Assembly: GCA_051313645.2 (NCBI GenBank)
Contig: JBNRSN020000014.1
Location: forward strand, 11,098,001-11,162,000
DNA: 64,000 nt
Direction of reading: 5' to 3'
Origin: Centroscyllium fabricii
Taxonomy: Eukaryota
This document shows, one piece after another, positions 1-10,291 of this stretch (positions within the stretch are counted from its first letter, which is position 1; every line of letters begins with the position of its first letter). The notes under the pieces were generated by a model that worked only from the letters and a program-made list of their open reading frames with translations, searched no databases and was not told the DNA's origin. The translations under genes were made by a program, and so were the position numbers.

Positions 1-189
1 CCTTAACACCTCAGTCTGCAAACAATGGGGCACAATTGCAAAACACAGTGTGATTTTTTTTTCCCTTTTTTAAAGCAAAAAAGACACATCAAAAGGGTGC
101 AGTCACAGGGCCTAACGCTAGTCTGCTGTAAATCCCACAGAATTAAGCCGAAGATGGTTCGGGTCTGGACGACTCCACGCCAGGCGGGG

Positions 190-440
190 TCACATGTAGC
201 GTGACATAAACCCAATATCACGGTTGAGGCCGTGCTCATGGGTGCGGAACTTGGCAATCAGCCTCTGCTCGACGATTTTGCGTTGTCGTGTATCTTGAAG
301 GCCACCCTGGAGAATGCTCACCCGAAGATCGGAAGCTGAATGTCCTTGACCGCTGAAATGTTCCCCGACTGGGAGGGAACATTCCTGCCTGGCGATTGTT
401 GCGCGGTGCCCGTTCATCCGTTGTCGTAGTGTCTGCATGG
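190..440 (-). mobile_element. Penelope-like element (PLE) fragment, C-terminal GIY-YIG endonuclease region
   Basis: ORF 190-456: TMQTLRQRMNGHR...LPVGEHFSGQGHSASDLRVSILQ...RKIVEQRLIAKFRTHEHGLNRD, typical of the PLE GIY-YIG C-terminal half; an inverted pseudo-LTR piece lies next to it at 460-556. Confidence 0.85.
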
Positions 441-459
441 TCTTTGCCTGATGCATGGT

Positions 460-556
460 CAGTTTCTCTTTGCCTGACGAAGGGGCAGACGCTCCGAAAG
501 CTTGTGATTTAAAATAAAACGTTGGACTTTAAACCTGGTGTTGTGTGACTTTTTGC
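460..556 (+). mobile_element. PLE pseudo-LTR/3' repeat with minimal hammerhead-like core
   Basis: CTGACGA-aggggcagacgctcc-GAAAgctt followed by aataaaac..ttggact..aacctggtgttgtgtgactt; the same unit recurs at 32765-33810 and 36900-38420. Confidence 0.7.
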
Positions 557-557
557 A

Positions 558-2964
558 TTGGTATAAGGGGGCCATGAGAGCGGCTGCTCCCGGGATAAAG
601 CGGTTATAAAAATTAACCATGCCTAAGAATTCCTGCAGCCCCTTAATGGAGTGCGGGCGGGGGAATTCTTGTACCGCCTGCGCCTTAGAGGGCAGGGGTA
701 TGGCCCCTGCTTGGGAAATGTGGTGGCCGAGGAAGTCGATGGTCTCGAGGCCGAATTTGCATTTAGTGGGGCTTAAGATAAGGCCGTGTTCGGTAAGGCG
801 CTGGAACAGGGTCCTGAGGTGCAGGAGATGTTCCTGAGGGGAGGTGCTGGCCACGAGGATGTCGTCTAGATAGACGAAAATGAACTTCAAGTCCCGTAGG
901 ACTGAGTCCATGAGGCGCTGGAAGGCCTGGGCCGCGTTTTTAAGGCCGAAGGGCATCCTAAGAAACTCGAAGAGTCCGAAGGGAGTAATTACGGCCGTTT
1001 TGGGAATGTCCGCCGGGTGTACGGGCACCTGGTGGTAGCCACGCACCAGGTCGTTCTTAGAAAAGATCGTGCGCCCTGCCAATCTGGCGGAAAAATCCTG
1101 GATGTGGGGTACGGGGTACCTATCCGGGGTGGTGGCGTTGTTAAGGCGGCGGTAGTCGCCGCAGGGGCGCCAACCTCCGTCGGGCTTGGGGGCTATGTGG
1201 AGCGGAGAGGACCAGGGGCTGCTGGAGCGGCGGATTATGCCGAGTTGTTCCATTGTGCGGAACTCGGTGAGTGCGATCTCCAGCTTGGCTGGGTCGAGCC
1301 TACGGGCGTGGGCATGGACAGCAGGACCTGTGGTCGTAATAAAGTGTTCCACCCCGTGTTTGGCCTTGCGGGTGGTGAACGTGTGGTTGGTAAGGGCGGG
1401 GAATTCCGCCAGGAGCGTGCTGTAGGCATCGGGGTCCCTGGAGCAGCATTGGGCTGCCGCGTGGGCCAGGAGTGCGGGCCCTGTGGAACATGGGATGGTC
1501 ATCATGGTGTTTAAATTCACCAGGCGGCGCCGAGTTACATCGACCAGTAGGCCGTAGGCGCAGAGGAAGTCTGCCCCGAGGAGGGGAGAGGTGACCTGGG
1601 TCGTTACAAAATCCCAGGTGTACGCGTGGCTTGCAAGGGTTATGGTAAGCTTGCGGGTGCCGTACGTTTTTATATTGGACCCGTTGGCTGCCGCTAGTGG
1701 CGGGCCCCGGGTGCCTCGTTTGGTTTCTGCAGGGGAGGCTGGCACAATGCTGTGCTGCGCGCCTGTGTCGCAGAGGAACCTGAGGCCGGTACCGCTGTCT
1801 GTGGCGAAGAGCAGTGCTCCTGTGTGGCCTACAGACATGGTGGAGGCTGAGTTGGGCCTGGGTTTAAACGCGCATGGCTGTACGCAGCGGTGCGCTTTGT
1901 GGTCAAACTGCGTGTGGTAGTAGCACCAGCCGGTGCTAGAGGGACGCGGTTGTTTGGGCGGGCGCGGGGCCCTAGGTTCAGGCGTAAAGTTGTGCCTGGG
2001 GGGTGAATAGTTGCGCGGGCGCGGGGCCCTAGGTTCAGGCGTAAAGTTGTGCCTGGGGGGTGAATAGCTGCGCTCTACCGATGCCGAGTTAGGTTCGCAC
2101 GTGGTGGAGCGGGTGCGCTGCGCCTCCATCAGCCTGTCGGCTTCCTCGCCGAGCTCATCGTCGCAGCGATGGCCTAGGGCCGCCAAGGCCGGTCTGATGG
2201 CGTGGGGCAATTTGAGGAGGAAGATGGTGCGAAATAGGGTGGCAGGGTTGGGAGTGAGTGCCTGCATCTGACCTAGGAGGTCCGATGGGTCTGCGTCCCC
2301 GAGTTCGGGGAGGTCGAGGAGCTGGCAGTCGCGCTCAAACTGGGAAGGGGTAAACTTCTTAATTAGCGCGGCCTTAAGCGTTTCATACCTGCCTGCAGAT
2401 GGCACGCGCTGGATCTTTGACCACATCCTATCGATGGTCGTTTGTGGAAGGGCTGTGAACACCAAGTCGTAGCGGTCGTCCCCATTGATGCCATGTGAAC
2501 GGCAGCTGGCTTCTATGCAGCTAAACCAGGCCGCTGGCCGTTGCTCCCAGAACTCGGGCAAAACAAGTCCGCGCCCGGTGCTCTGTCCAGCTCCTTGTGA
2601 TCGTGGAGCTTGGTTCCTTGTGTTGGGCATGTTTCTGTAAAAAAAGTCTTTGGCTGGAGTTCCCAGATCCTGTGGCAGCTTTTTCTTTACTGGAATTCGT
2701 TCCAGTTGTCGAGGTCACCACTGTTGCGCCGCAGGCCTAGAAAACACACGGAGCCAGAGCTAGGAGAAAACACGTCTTTACTAGACAACTGTAAAACAAG
2801 GAAGAGGCAGAACCACTCAGTACACACATATTTAAACCGTCCCGCCGTTGGTGACGTCATCACGTCAGCCGACGTGGTGACGTAGTCGCATCACCCGGAT
2901 GAGCGGGCTATGCTCCGCGGAGCCCCGTTGGCGGATTCGATATCCCAGCGGGTGTGCCGCCACA
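558..2964 (-). mobile_element. Gypsy LTR retrotransposon (CsRn1-like), 3'-truncated copy: 5' LTR 2722-2964, tRNA-Trp-type PBS, gag-PR-RT
   Basis: ORF from ATG 2630 with CHCC gag motif (CYYH..HRCVQPC), protease DTG and RT YLDD; breaks off at about 558 before RNase H; paralogous to 10292-14743; 57-nt tandem duplication in gag (about 1960-2070). Confidence 0.93.
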
Positions 2965-3334
2965 AGACTATCTTTCAACTGTCAGAAATATAAAGCAGAG
3001 ACAGACCCTCACCAGGTACAGACTAAGTGACCACCAGTTAGCAGTCAAAAAAGGAAGACAGCAGAAATCCTAGCAGCCAAGAGAAAATAGAATATGCGGT
3101 CACTGCTTGACAGATGAGGTTGAAACAGAGGTGCACTTCCTCCTAAAATGCAAAAAATTCGACAAAACAAGGAAAACATACTTTGACAAACTAAGCCTGG
3201 CAATCCCAGATTTCAAAGAACTAGATTATATCTTAAAACTAAGAATAATCCTTGGCGAGGGAAATAGGGCACAGCTTGGTGCACAATACTTAACAGCATG
3301 CCACAACCTGAGAGACAGTGAATGACCAACATGC
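2965..3334 (+). mobile_element. LINE ORF2 C-terminal fragment (Crack/Daphne/L2-group-like); its 3' UTR continues in 8189-8416 (inverted) and 8692-8745
   Basis: YRLSDHQLAV..GR..RENRICGHC..EVETEVHFLLKC, a CCHC motif typical of LINE ORF2 ends; tail ccaataaa..(ttgaaa)n at 8705-8745. Confidence 0.75.
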
Positions 3335-6300
3335 TGTGGTAACCCATATTGTATATATTACCACTGAATTATTGTCGCCAAGAATTGGCTGTGTGTGATA
3401 CACAGCCCTGTAATACTGTCGTGGAGCCAGGTCAGCCACACCTCTAACTCCTCCCCCAGGTGAGGCCTTTATAGGTGAGGACTGACCGAGGCTCCCTCAT
3501 TCTGTTCTGATGTTCGTTCGGAGGGTAGCTCCAAAGTAAGTTAATAAAAGCCTTTAGTTACGGTATTAAGACCAATTGACGATACGTCAATTTTATTAAC
3601 TTCGAAATTTTAAAATGGAGAGCGGTGCGGTAAAGCCAGAAAAGCTGGATATCAGCCCACAGGACCCAGCCGCCGCCACCACATTTGAACACTGGTTCGG
3701 TCTCCTGGAGGCCTACATGGACACCGCCAAGGCTACCACCGCCGGGAACAAGTTGCAGGTTCTCCGGTCTAGGATCTCCAGCCGAGTATTCTCCCTCATT
3801 CAAGACGCCAAAACCTACCCAGGGGCAGTGGAAAAGCTGAGGAAATGCTACGAGCGCCCGGTCCATTCGGTCTACGCCAGACATGTGCTCGCGACCAGAC
3901 CACAACTACCGGGTGAGACCAATGAACAGTTTGAGCAAGCGCTCCAGGCCCTGGTACGGGTCTGTGGCTGCCAAGCCCGGACAGCAGAAGAGGAGGCGAA
4001 CCTCCTCGTCCGAGATGCGTATGTAACTGGCCTGAGGTGCGTGGAAGCCCGCCAGCGGCTGCTCGAAAAGGACTCTTTGACTCTTGAGGAGGCGATCGCC
4101 ATAGCTAACTCCGTTGAAGGAGCACGCAATAAACTGCAGGCGTACAGTGGCACAAACCCGCAGGCCTACGACATGTGGGCCGCGCCACAACGGGCCCAGG
4201 CCTGGGCAGCACCACAACGGGTCGAGACTCCCACGATGGCTGCGACAGCCGCAAAGGACAAACGGTGCTATTTCTGCGGCCAGGGACAGCACCCGCGAGC
4301 GAGATGCCCAGCAAGGACCGCGACCTGTGAGAGGTGCTCCAAAAAGGGACACTATGCAAAGGCCTGCAGATCAGCACCAGCAGCGCCCAACTCCAGGTAC
4401 AACAGCGCAGCCTGTGAAAGCTCCGTCAGACCTCAGGTAAGCTGCAATAGCAGCGCGATCCAGCGACGGTCCGGGGGTAGAAGCAAAGCGCCCCCATCTC
4501 CCACCCCGATGCGGCAAAGGCCAGCCAAGCGCGACCCCCCAACGCCAGCAGAAGACCCAGCGCGGCCGGTTCCGTGCGAATCACGGGCACCGCCAACCCA
4601 ACCATTGCGGCTCGCTGCGTGCGAACCACGGGCACCGCCAACCCACTCACCGCGGCCCGCTGCGTGCGAACCACGGGCGCCGCCAGCGCGCTCACAGCGG
4701 TCAGCCGCGTGCGAACCATGGGCGCCGCCATCTCGCCTCCAGCGGCCCACCATGTGCGACCCCCCGGCGCCGCCATCTTGTCTCCAGCGGCCCGCCATGT
4801 GCGACCCCTCGGCGCCACCATTTTGTCTCCAGGGCCCCACCATGTGCGAGCCAGGGGCGCCGCCATTTTGTCTCCAGGGCCCCACCATGTACGAGCCAGG
4901 GGCGCCGCCATTTTGTGTACAGCCCCAACCAGCAGGGGGCCGCCACACACAAAAGCACACGTCGGCCTCAGCCATACCCAAAGTGGACCAGGATAGGCCA
5001 CACACCCTGTCAAATTCGATAATGCCAATTAAAATAAACGGCCATATTATCGATTGCCTGTTTGACACTGGAAGCACGGAGAGTTTTGTGCACCCCGATA
5101 CAGTGCAGCGCAGCGGACTGCAGATCCTGCCCACGAACTACCAAGTCTCCCTTGCTTCACAGTCCCACACCGCGGACGTCACCGGCTACTGCTCCGTCAC
5201 GCTCACAGTCAAGGGTTGTGTGTACCGTAATTTTAAATTGTACACCCTCAAGCAGTTGTGTGCCCCAGCCTTACTAGGTCTGGATTTCCAGTGCCACCTC
5301 AAGAGCGTGACAATGGAGTTCGGCGGGACCTTGCCCCCCCTCTCCGTCAGTAGCCGGGACAGTCCCTTCCCAAAGCGGAGCCCGGCCTGCGGCCTCTCCA
5401 CCCTGAAAATCGACCCCCCCTCACTGTTCGCCAACCTCGACCCCAAGTGCAAACCCATTGCTACAAAGAGTCGGCGGTACAGTGTGGGGGATCGCACGTT
5501 TATCAGGTCGGAGGTCGGGCGTATGCTGAAGGAGGAGATAATTGAAGCCAGCACCAGCCCCTGGCGGGCCCAGGTAGTAGTGGTGAAGTCTGGCGAGAAA
5601 CAGCGGCTGGTTATCGATTACAGCCAGACCATCAACCGCTACACCGGGCTCGACGCCTACCCCCTCCCCCGCATCTCGGACATGGTCAATCAGATCGCCC
5701 AATATAACGTGTTCTCCACGATCGACCTTAAGTCGGCGTATCACCAACTCCCGATCCGGAAAGCCGACCGCCCGTACACCGCCTTCGAGGCGAACGGTCG
5801 GCTCTACCACTTCCTCCGGGTCCCCTTCGGCGTGACCAACGGAGTGTCAGTGTTCCAACGGGAGATGGACCGCATGGTTGACCAGAACGAGTTGCGGGCC
5901 ACTTTCCCTTACCTGGACAACGTGACCATCTGCGGCCACGACCAGCAGGACCACGATGCCAATCTGGCCAAATTCCTTGACACGGCGGATAAGCTGGACC
6001 TCACGTATAACAAGGACAAATGTGTCTTTAATACAGACCGGCTCGCCATCCTCGGATACGTGGTGGAGAACGGGGTCCTCGGCCCCGACCCACAGCGTAT
6101 GCGCCCCCTTCAAGAACTGCCCCTACCTCACAACCCCAAAGCCTTGTGGAGATTCCTAGGATTTTTCTCCTACTACGCACAATGGGTCCCACAGTTCACG
6201 GACAAGGCTAGACCACTCCTCAAGGCTGCCGTCTTCCCCCTTTTGGTAGAAGCCCAAACGGCATTCGCCCGGATAAAGGAAGACATCATCAAGGCGACCA

Positions 6301-8188
6301 TGCTCGCTGTTGATGAATCCATTCCCTTCCAGGTGGAGAGCGACGCTTCGGACTTTGCCCTTGCTGCCACCCTGAATCAGGCAGGCAGGCCCGTAGCGTT
6401 TTTCTCCCGCACCCTACAGGGACCCGAAACTCGCCACTCTGCAGTGGAAATGGAGGCCCAGGCCATCGTGGAGGCCGTACGCTACTGGCGTCATTACCTG
6501 GCCGGTAAGCGTTTTGCCCTTCTCACCGACCAGTGGTCGGTGGCGTTTATGTTTAATAATAAACAGAAGGGTAAGATCAAGAATGATAAGATCCTGCGGT
6601 GGCGGATCGAACTCTCGACTTACGAGTACGACATTCTTTACCGACCAGGTAAACTCAATGAACCCCCGGACGCACTGTCCAGGGGAACGTGCGCCAGTGC
6701 CCAGCTAGACCGGCTGAAGGACCTCCACGACCGCCTTTGCCACCCGGGTGTCACCAGACTCGCCCACTTCGTCAGATCCCGTAGCCTCCCCTACTCCATC
6801 ACGGAGATCAAGGCTATGACCCGAGAGTGCCCTGTTTGCGCCGAGTGCAAACCCCAATTTTTCCGGCCAGACACGGTGCACCTCATCAAGGCCACCCGCC
6901 CCTTTGAACATCTCAGCGTGGACTTCAAAGGCCCCCTCCGCACCACCGATCGCAACTCATACTTCCTCACGGTCGTAGATGAGTTCTCCCGCTTCCCCTT
7001 CGCCTTCCCCTGCGCAGATATGACGAGCGCAACGGTGATAAAACACTTCACCACGCTGTTCGCCATCTTCGGTCTCCCCAGCTACATCCATATCGACCGG
7101 GGGGTCATCGTTCAGGAGCAATGAACTGCGTCAGTTTCTGCTCCAGAAAGGGGTTGCCACGAGCAGAACGACCAGTTATAACCCCCGGGGGAACGGCCAG
7201 GTAGAAAGGGAGAATGGGATCATCTGGAAGGCGGTCACCCTGGCTCTGAAGTCCAGAGGCCTTCCAGTGGCCCATTGGCAGGCAGTCCTCCCAGACGCGC
7301 TGCATTCTATACGCTCTCTCCTGTGTACGGCCACTAACGCCACCCCTCATGACTTGATTTTTTCCTTCCCCAGGAAGTCGACTTCGGGGACAGCTCTTCC
7401 TCCATGGCTCACGACACCGGGGCCGGTCTTCCTTAGGAGACACGTCCGTGGCCACAAGACCGACCCCCTGGTGGACAAGGTGCAGCTCCTGCATGCGAAC
7501 CCGCAATATGCATATGTACAGTTCCCGGACGGGCGTGAGGACACCGTATCCATCAGGGACCTGGCGCCCGCAGGATGCACCGCAGAAGAGCCCCTGGTCG
7601 GGCAGCAGCCCGCCCAGCCACAGTACCCAGAACACCCCCTACACCTACGATGGCCTCCGAGGTTTCCAGAGCCCCAGCCGTGGCCAGCCCAAGACCACCA
7701 CTCCGATAGCTCGGACCATCTGAGACCACCATCATCTGAAACCACGGCACCAGAGCCGCTGTCACCACCAACGGACTCGAGCAGCACGGACCACGAAGAA
7801 CCATCACCGGAACTCCGGCGGTCCTCCAGGCTGACACGACCGCCGGACAAACTGATATTGAACTGCTCAGTCCATTCACCCCACCGGACTTAAAATTTTC
7901 AAGAAGGGGTGAATGTGGTAACCCATATTATGTATATTTACCACTGCATTATTGTTGCCAACAATTGGCTGTGTGTGATACACAGCCTGTAATACTGTCG
8001 TGGAGCCAGGTCAGCCACACCTCTAACTCCTCCCCCAGGTGAGGCCTTTATAGGTGAGGACTGACCGAGGCTCCCTCATTCTGTTCTGATGTTCGTTCGG
8101 AGGGTAGCTCCAAAGTAAGTTATTAAAAGCCTATAGTTACGGTAACTACTCGTCCAGTCTTTTATTAAGACCAATTGACGATACGTCA
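3335..8188 (+). mobile_element. Gypsy LTR retrotransposon (Mag-like, two gag zinc knuckles), full length, frameshifted in integrase
   Basis: LTRs 3335-3589 and 7914-8188 (TG..CA); PPT aagaaggggtgaa; ORF 3615-7124 encodes gag (CCHC x2), PR (FDTGS), RT (YLDN), RH and IN; frameshift in the G-run near 7100; the rest of IN runs to about 7860-7893. Confidence 0.95.
3615..7124 (+). pseudogene. gag-pol polyprotein, frameshifted in the integrase core
   Basis: 1169-aa ORF; HIDRG is followed by an out-of-frame continuation (SSFRSNELRQFL..NGQVERENG). Confidence 0.9.
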
Positions 8189-8416
8189 ATACATCCCTAT
8201 GTTGCCAAAGTATAAAACATAACATACATAGTTAAAATGCATAAATACAGATACAGATACAGGTATACAATGTATGGGCAGATATGCCCCTGTACATATG
8301 TATATATATACACACACAATATATCTGTAACCTTTCATCGGTTGCTACATGTCATTGCAGTTACAAACAGTATAATAATTAGTGCTGATTAGTCTCTGTT
8401 TGTGTGTGCGTGCATG

Positions 8417-8691
8417 TGACGTATCGTCAATTGGTCTTAATAAAAGACTGGACGAGTAGTTACCGTAACTATAGGCTTTTAATAACTTACTTTGGAGCTA
8501 CCCTCCGAACGAACATCAGAACAGAATGAGGGAGCCTCGGTCAGTCCTCACCTATAAAGGCCTTACCTGGGGGAGGAGTTAGAGGTGTGGCTGACCTGGC
8601 TCCACGACAGTATTACAGGCTGTGTATCACACACAGCCAATTGTTGGCAACAATAATGCAGTGGTAAATATACATAATATGGGTTACCACA
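8417..8691 (-). mobile_element. Solo LTR, inverted, near-identical to the 3' LTR at 7914-8188
   Basis: Reverse complement matches 7914-8188 with one visible substitution. Confidence 0.95.
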
Positions 8692-8819
8692 TGTATCCTG
8701 CCATGCCAATAAAGTTTTTTAATTGAAATTGAAATTGAAAATTGATAAACCTGCAGAATGGATGTGTAATCGGCAAATGAGCTTCAATACAGGCAAGTGT
8801 GAGGTGGTACTTTTTGGTG

Positions 8820-9103
8820 CAGGTTGAGCACCGTTAATCCGGCACCCTCGGGACCAGGCCGGTGCTGGACCACTGAAAAATCCGAACCACTGAAGGTTCG
8901 GGGAGCGCGTGCGCAGCCCATTCAAAATTGCCGCCGCGCATGCGCAGCCCATTCAAAATGGCCACTGCGCACGCGCAGACCAGTCGGGGAGAGGCCCGCG
9001 CATCGTGAGCGTCCCTGGGATCACATGGGCCAGCCACCGGGATTCGTACCGGACTACTGAAGGTGCCGGACCATCGGGCGCCGGATTAACGGTGCACAAC
9101 CTG
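8820..9103. mobile_element. Tc1/mariner (Tigger/pogo)-type MITE
   Basis: TIR caggttgagcaccgttaatccgg / ccggattaacggtgcacaacctg, TA on the right flank; family recurs at 39752, 44698 and 49547. Confidence 0.8.
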
Positions 9104-9109
9104 TATGAA

Positions 9110-10270
9110 GAGTAAGGAGGCCGCATACTCCCTGGAAAATAAGTGTCTAAATATGGTAGAGGAGCAGAGGGATCGAGGGGTACAGATACACAAATCACTA
9201 AAAGTAGAGGCACAGGTTAATAAGGCCATTAAAAAAAAGCAAACAAAGCACTGGGGTTTATTTCTAGAGGGGCAGAATTGAAAAGTAGTGAAATTATGCT
9301 AAACTTGTATAAAACCTGGGTTAGACCACACTTGGAGCCCTGTGAACAGCTCTAGTCTCCTTATTATAAAAAGCATATAGAGGCACCGGAGAGGGTGCAA
9401 ACAATGTTTACTCTAATGTTACCAGAACTGAGAGGCAATACGGATCAGGAAAGGTCGAACAGGCGGGGGTTCTTTTCTCTGGAAAAGAGAAGGCTGAGGA
9501 GTGAGCTGATGGAGGGCTTTCAGATTATGAAAGGTAGATGTAGAGAGGATGTTTCCACTTGCGTGTGAGACCAGAACTAAACATAGAAACATAGAAGATA
9601 GGAGCAGGAGTTGGCCATTCGGCCCTTCAAGCCTGCTCCGCCATTCAATGAGATCATGGCTGATCATCCAAACCCAGTACCCCGCCCCTGCCTTGTCCCC
9701 ATATCCCTCGATCCCTATCGAGCCTGCACCGACACATATCCCACCCTATCCCCGTTACCCCACATATTCAATCCCCCTAACACTAAGGGTCAATTTATCC
9801 TGGCCAATCAACCTAACCCGCACATCTTTGGACTGTGGGAGAAAACCGGAGCACCCGGAGGAAACCCACGCAGACACTGGGAGAATGTGCAAACTCCACA
9901 CAGACAGTCACCCGAGGCTGGATTTGAACCCGGGTCCCCAGCGCTGTGAGGCAACAGTGCTAACCACTATGCCACTGAGCCGCCCGGGGCCATAAATATA
10001 AAATAATCACGAATAAATCCAATAAGGAACTCATGAGAAACTTCTTTACCCAGAGAGTGGTGGGAATGTGGAACTCGCTACCACAGGGAGTGGTTGAGGT
10101 GAATAGTTTTGATGGATTTCAGGGGAAGCTGGACAAGCACACGAGGGAGAAAGGAATCGAAGGATGTATAGCTGGGGTTAGATCAAGAAAGGTGGGAGGA
10201 GGTCCGTCTGTAGCGTAAACACTGGCATAGACCTGTTGGGCCAAATGGCCTGTTTCTGTGTTGTAATTGC
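9110..10270 (+). mobile_element. CR1/HER1 LINE 3' fragment interrupted by an HE1 SINE
   Basis: Degenerate LYKTLVRPHLE and RNFFTQRVVGMWNSLP motifs. Confidence 0.85.
9581..9985 (-). mobile_element. HE1/V-SINE (tRNA-derived, CR1-type tail)
   Basis: A/B-box head, central V-domain gtgggtttcctccgggtgctccggttt, tail gatcagccatgatc..gaatggcggagcagg. Confidence 0.88.
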
Positions 10271-10291
10271 TTTGTAATTCCATGTAATGCT

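Noticed and set aside
3331-8192. Imperfect 4-bp TSD atgc/atac for the Gypsy element
   Set aside because: The lineage makes 5-bp TSDs (ctggc, ctcct), and the flanks are explained exactly by the spacer inversion
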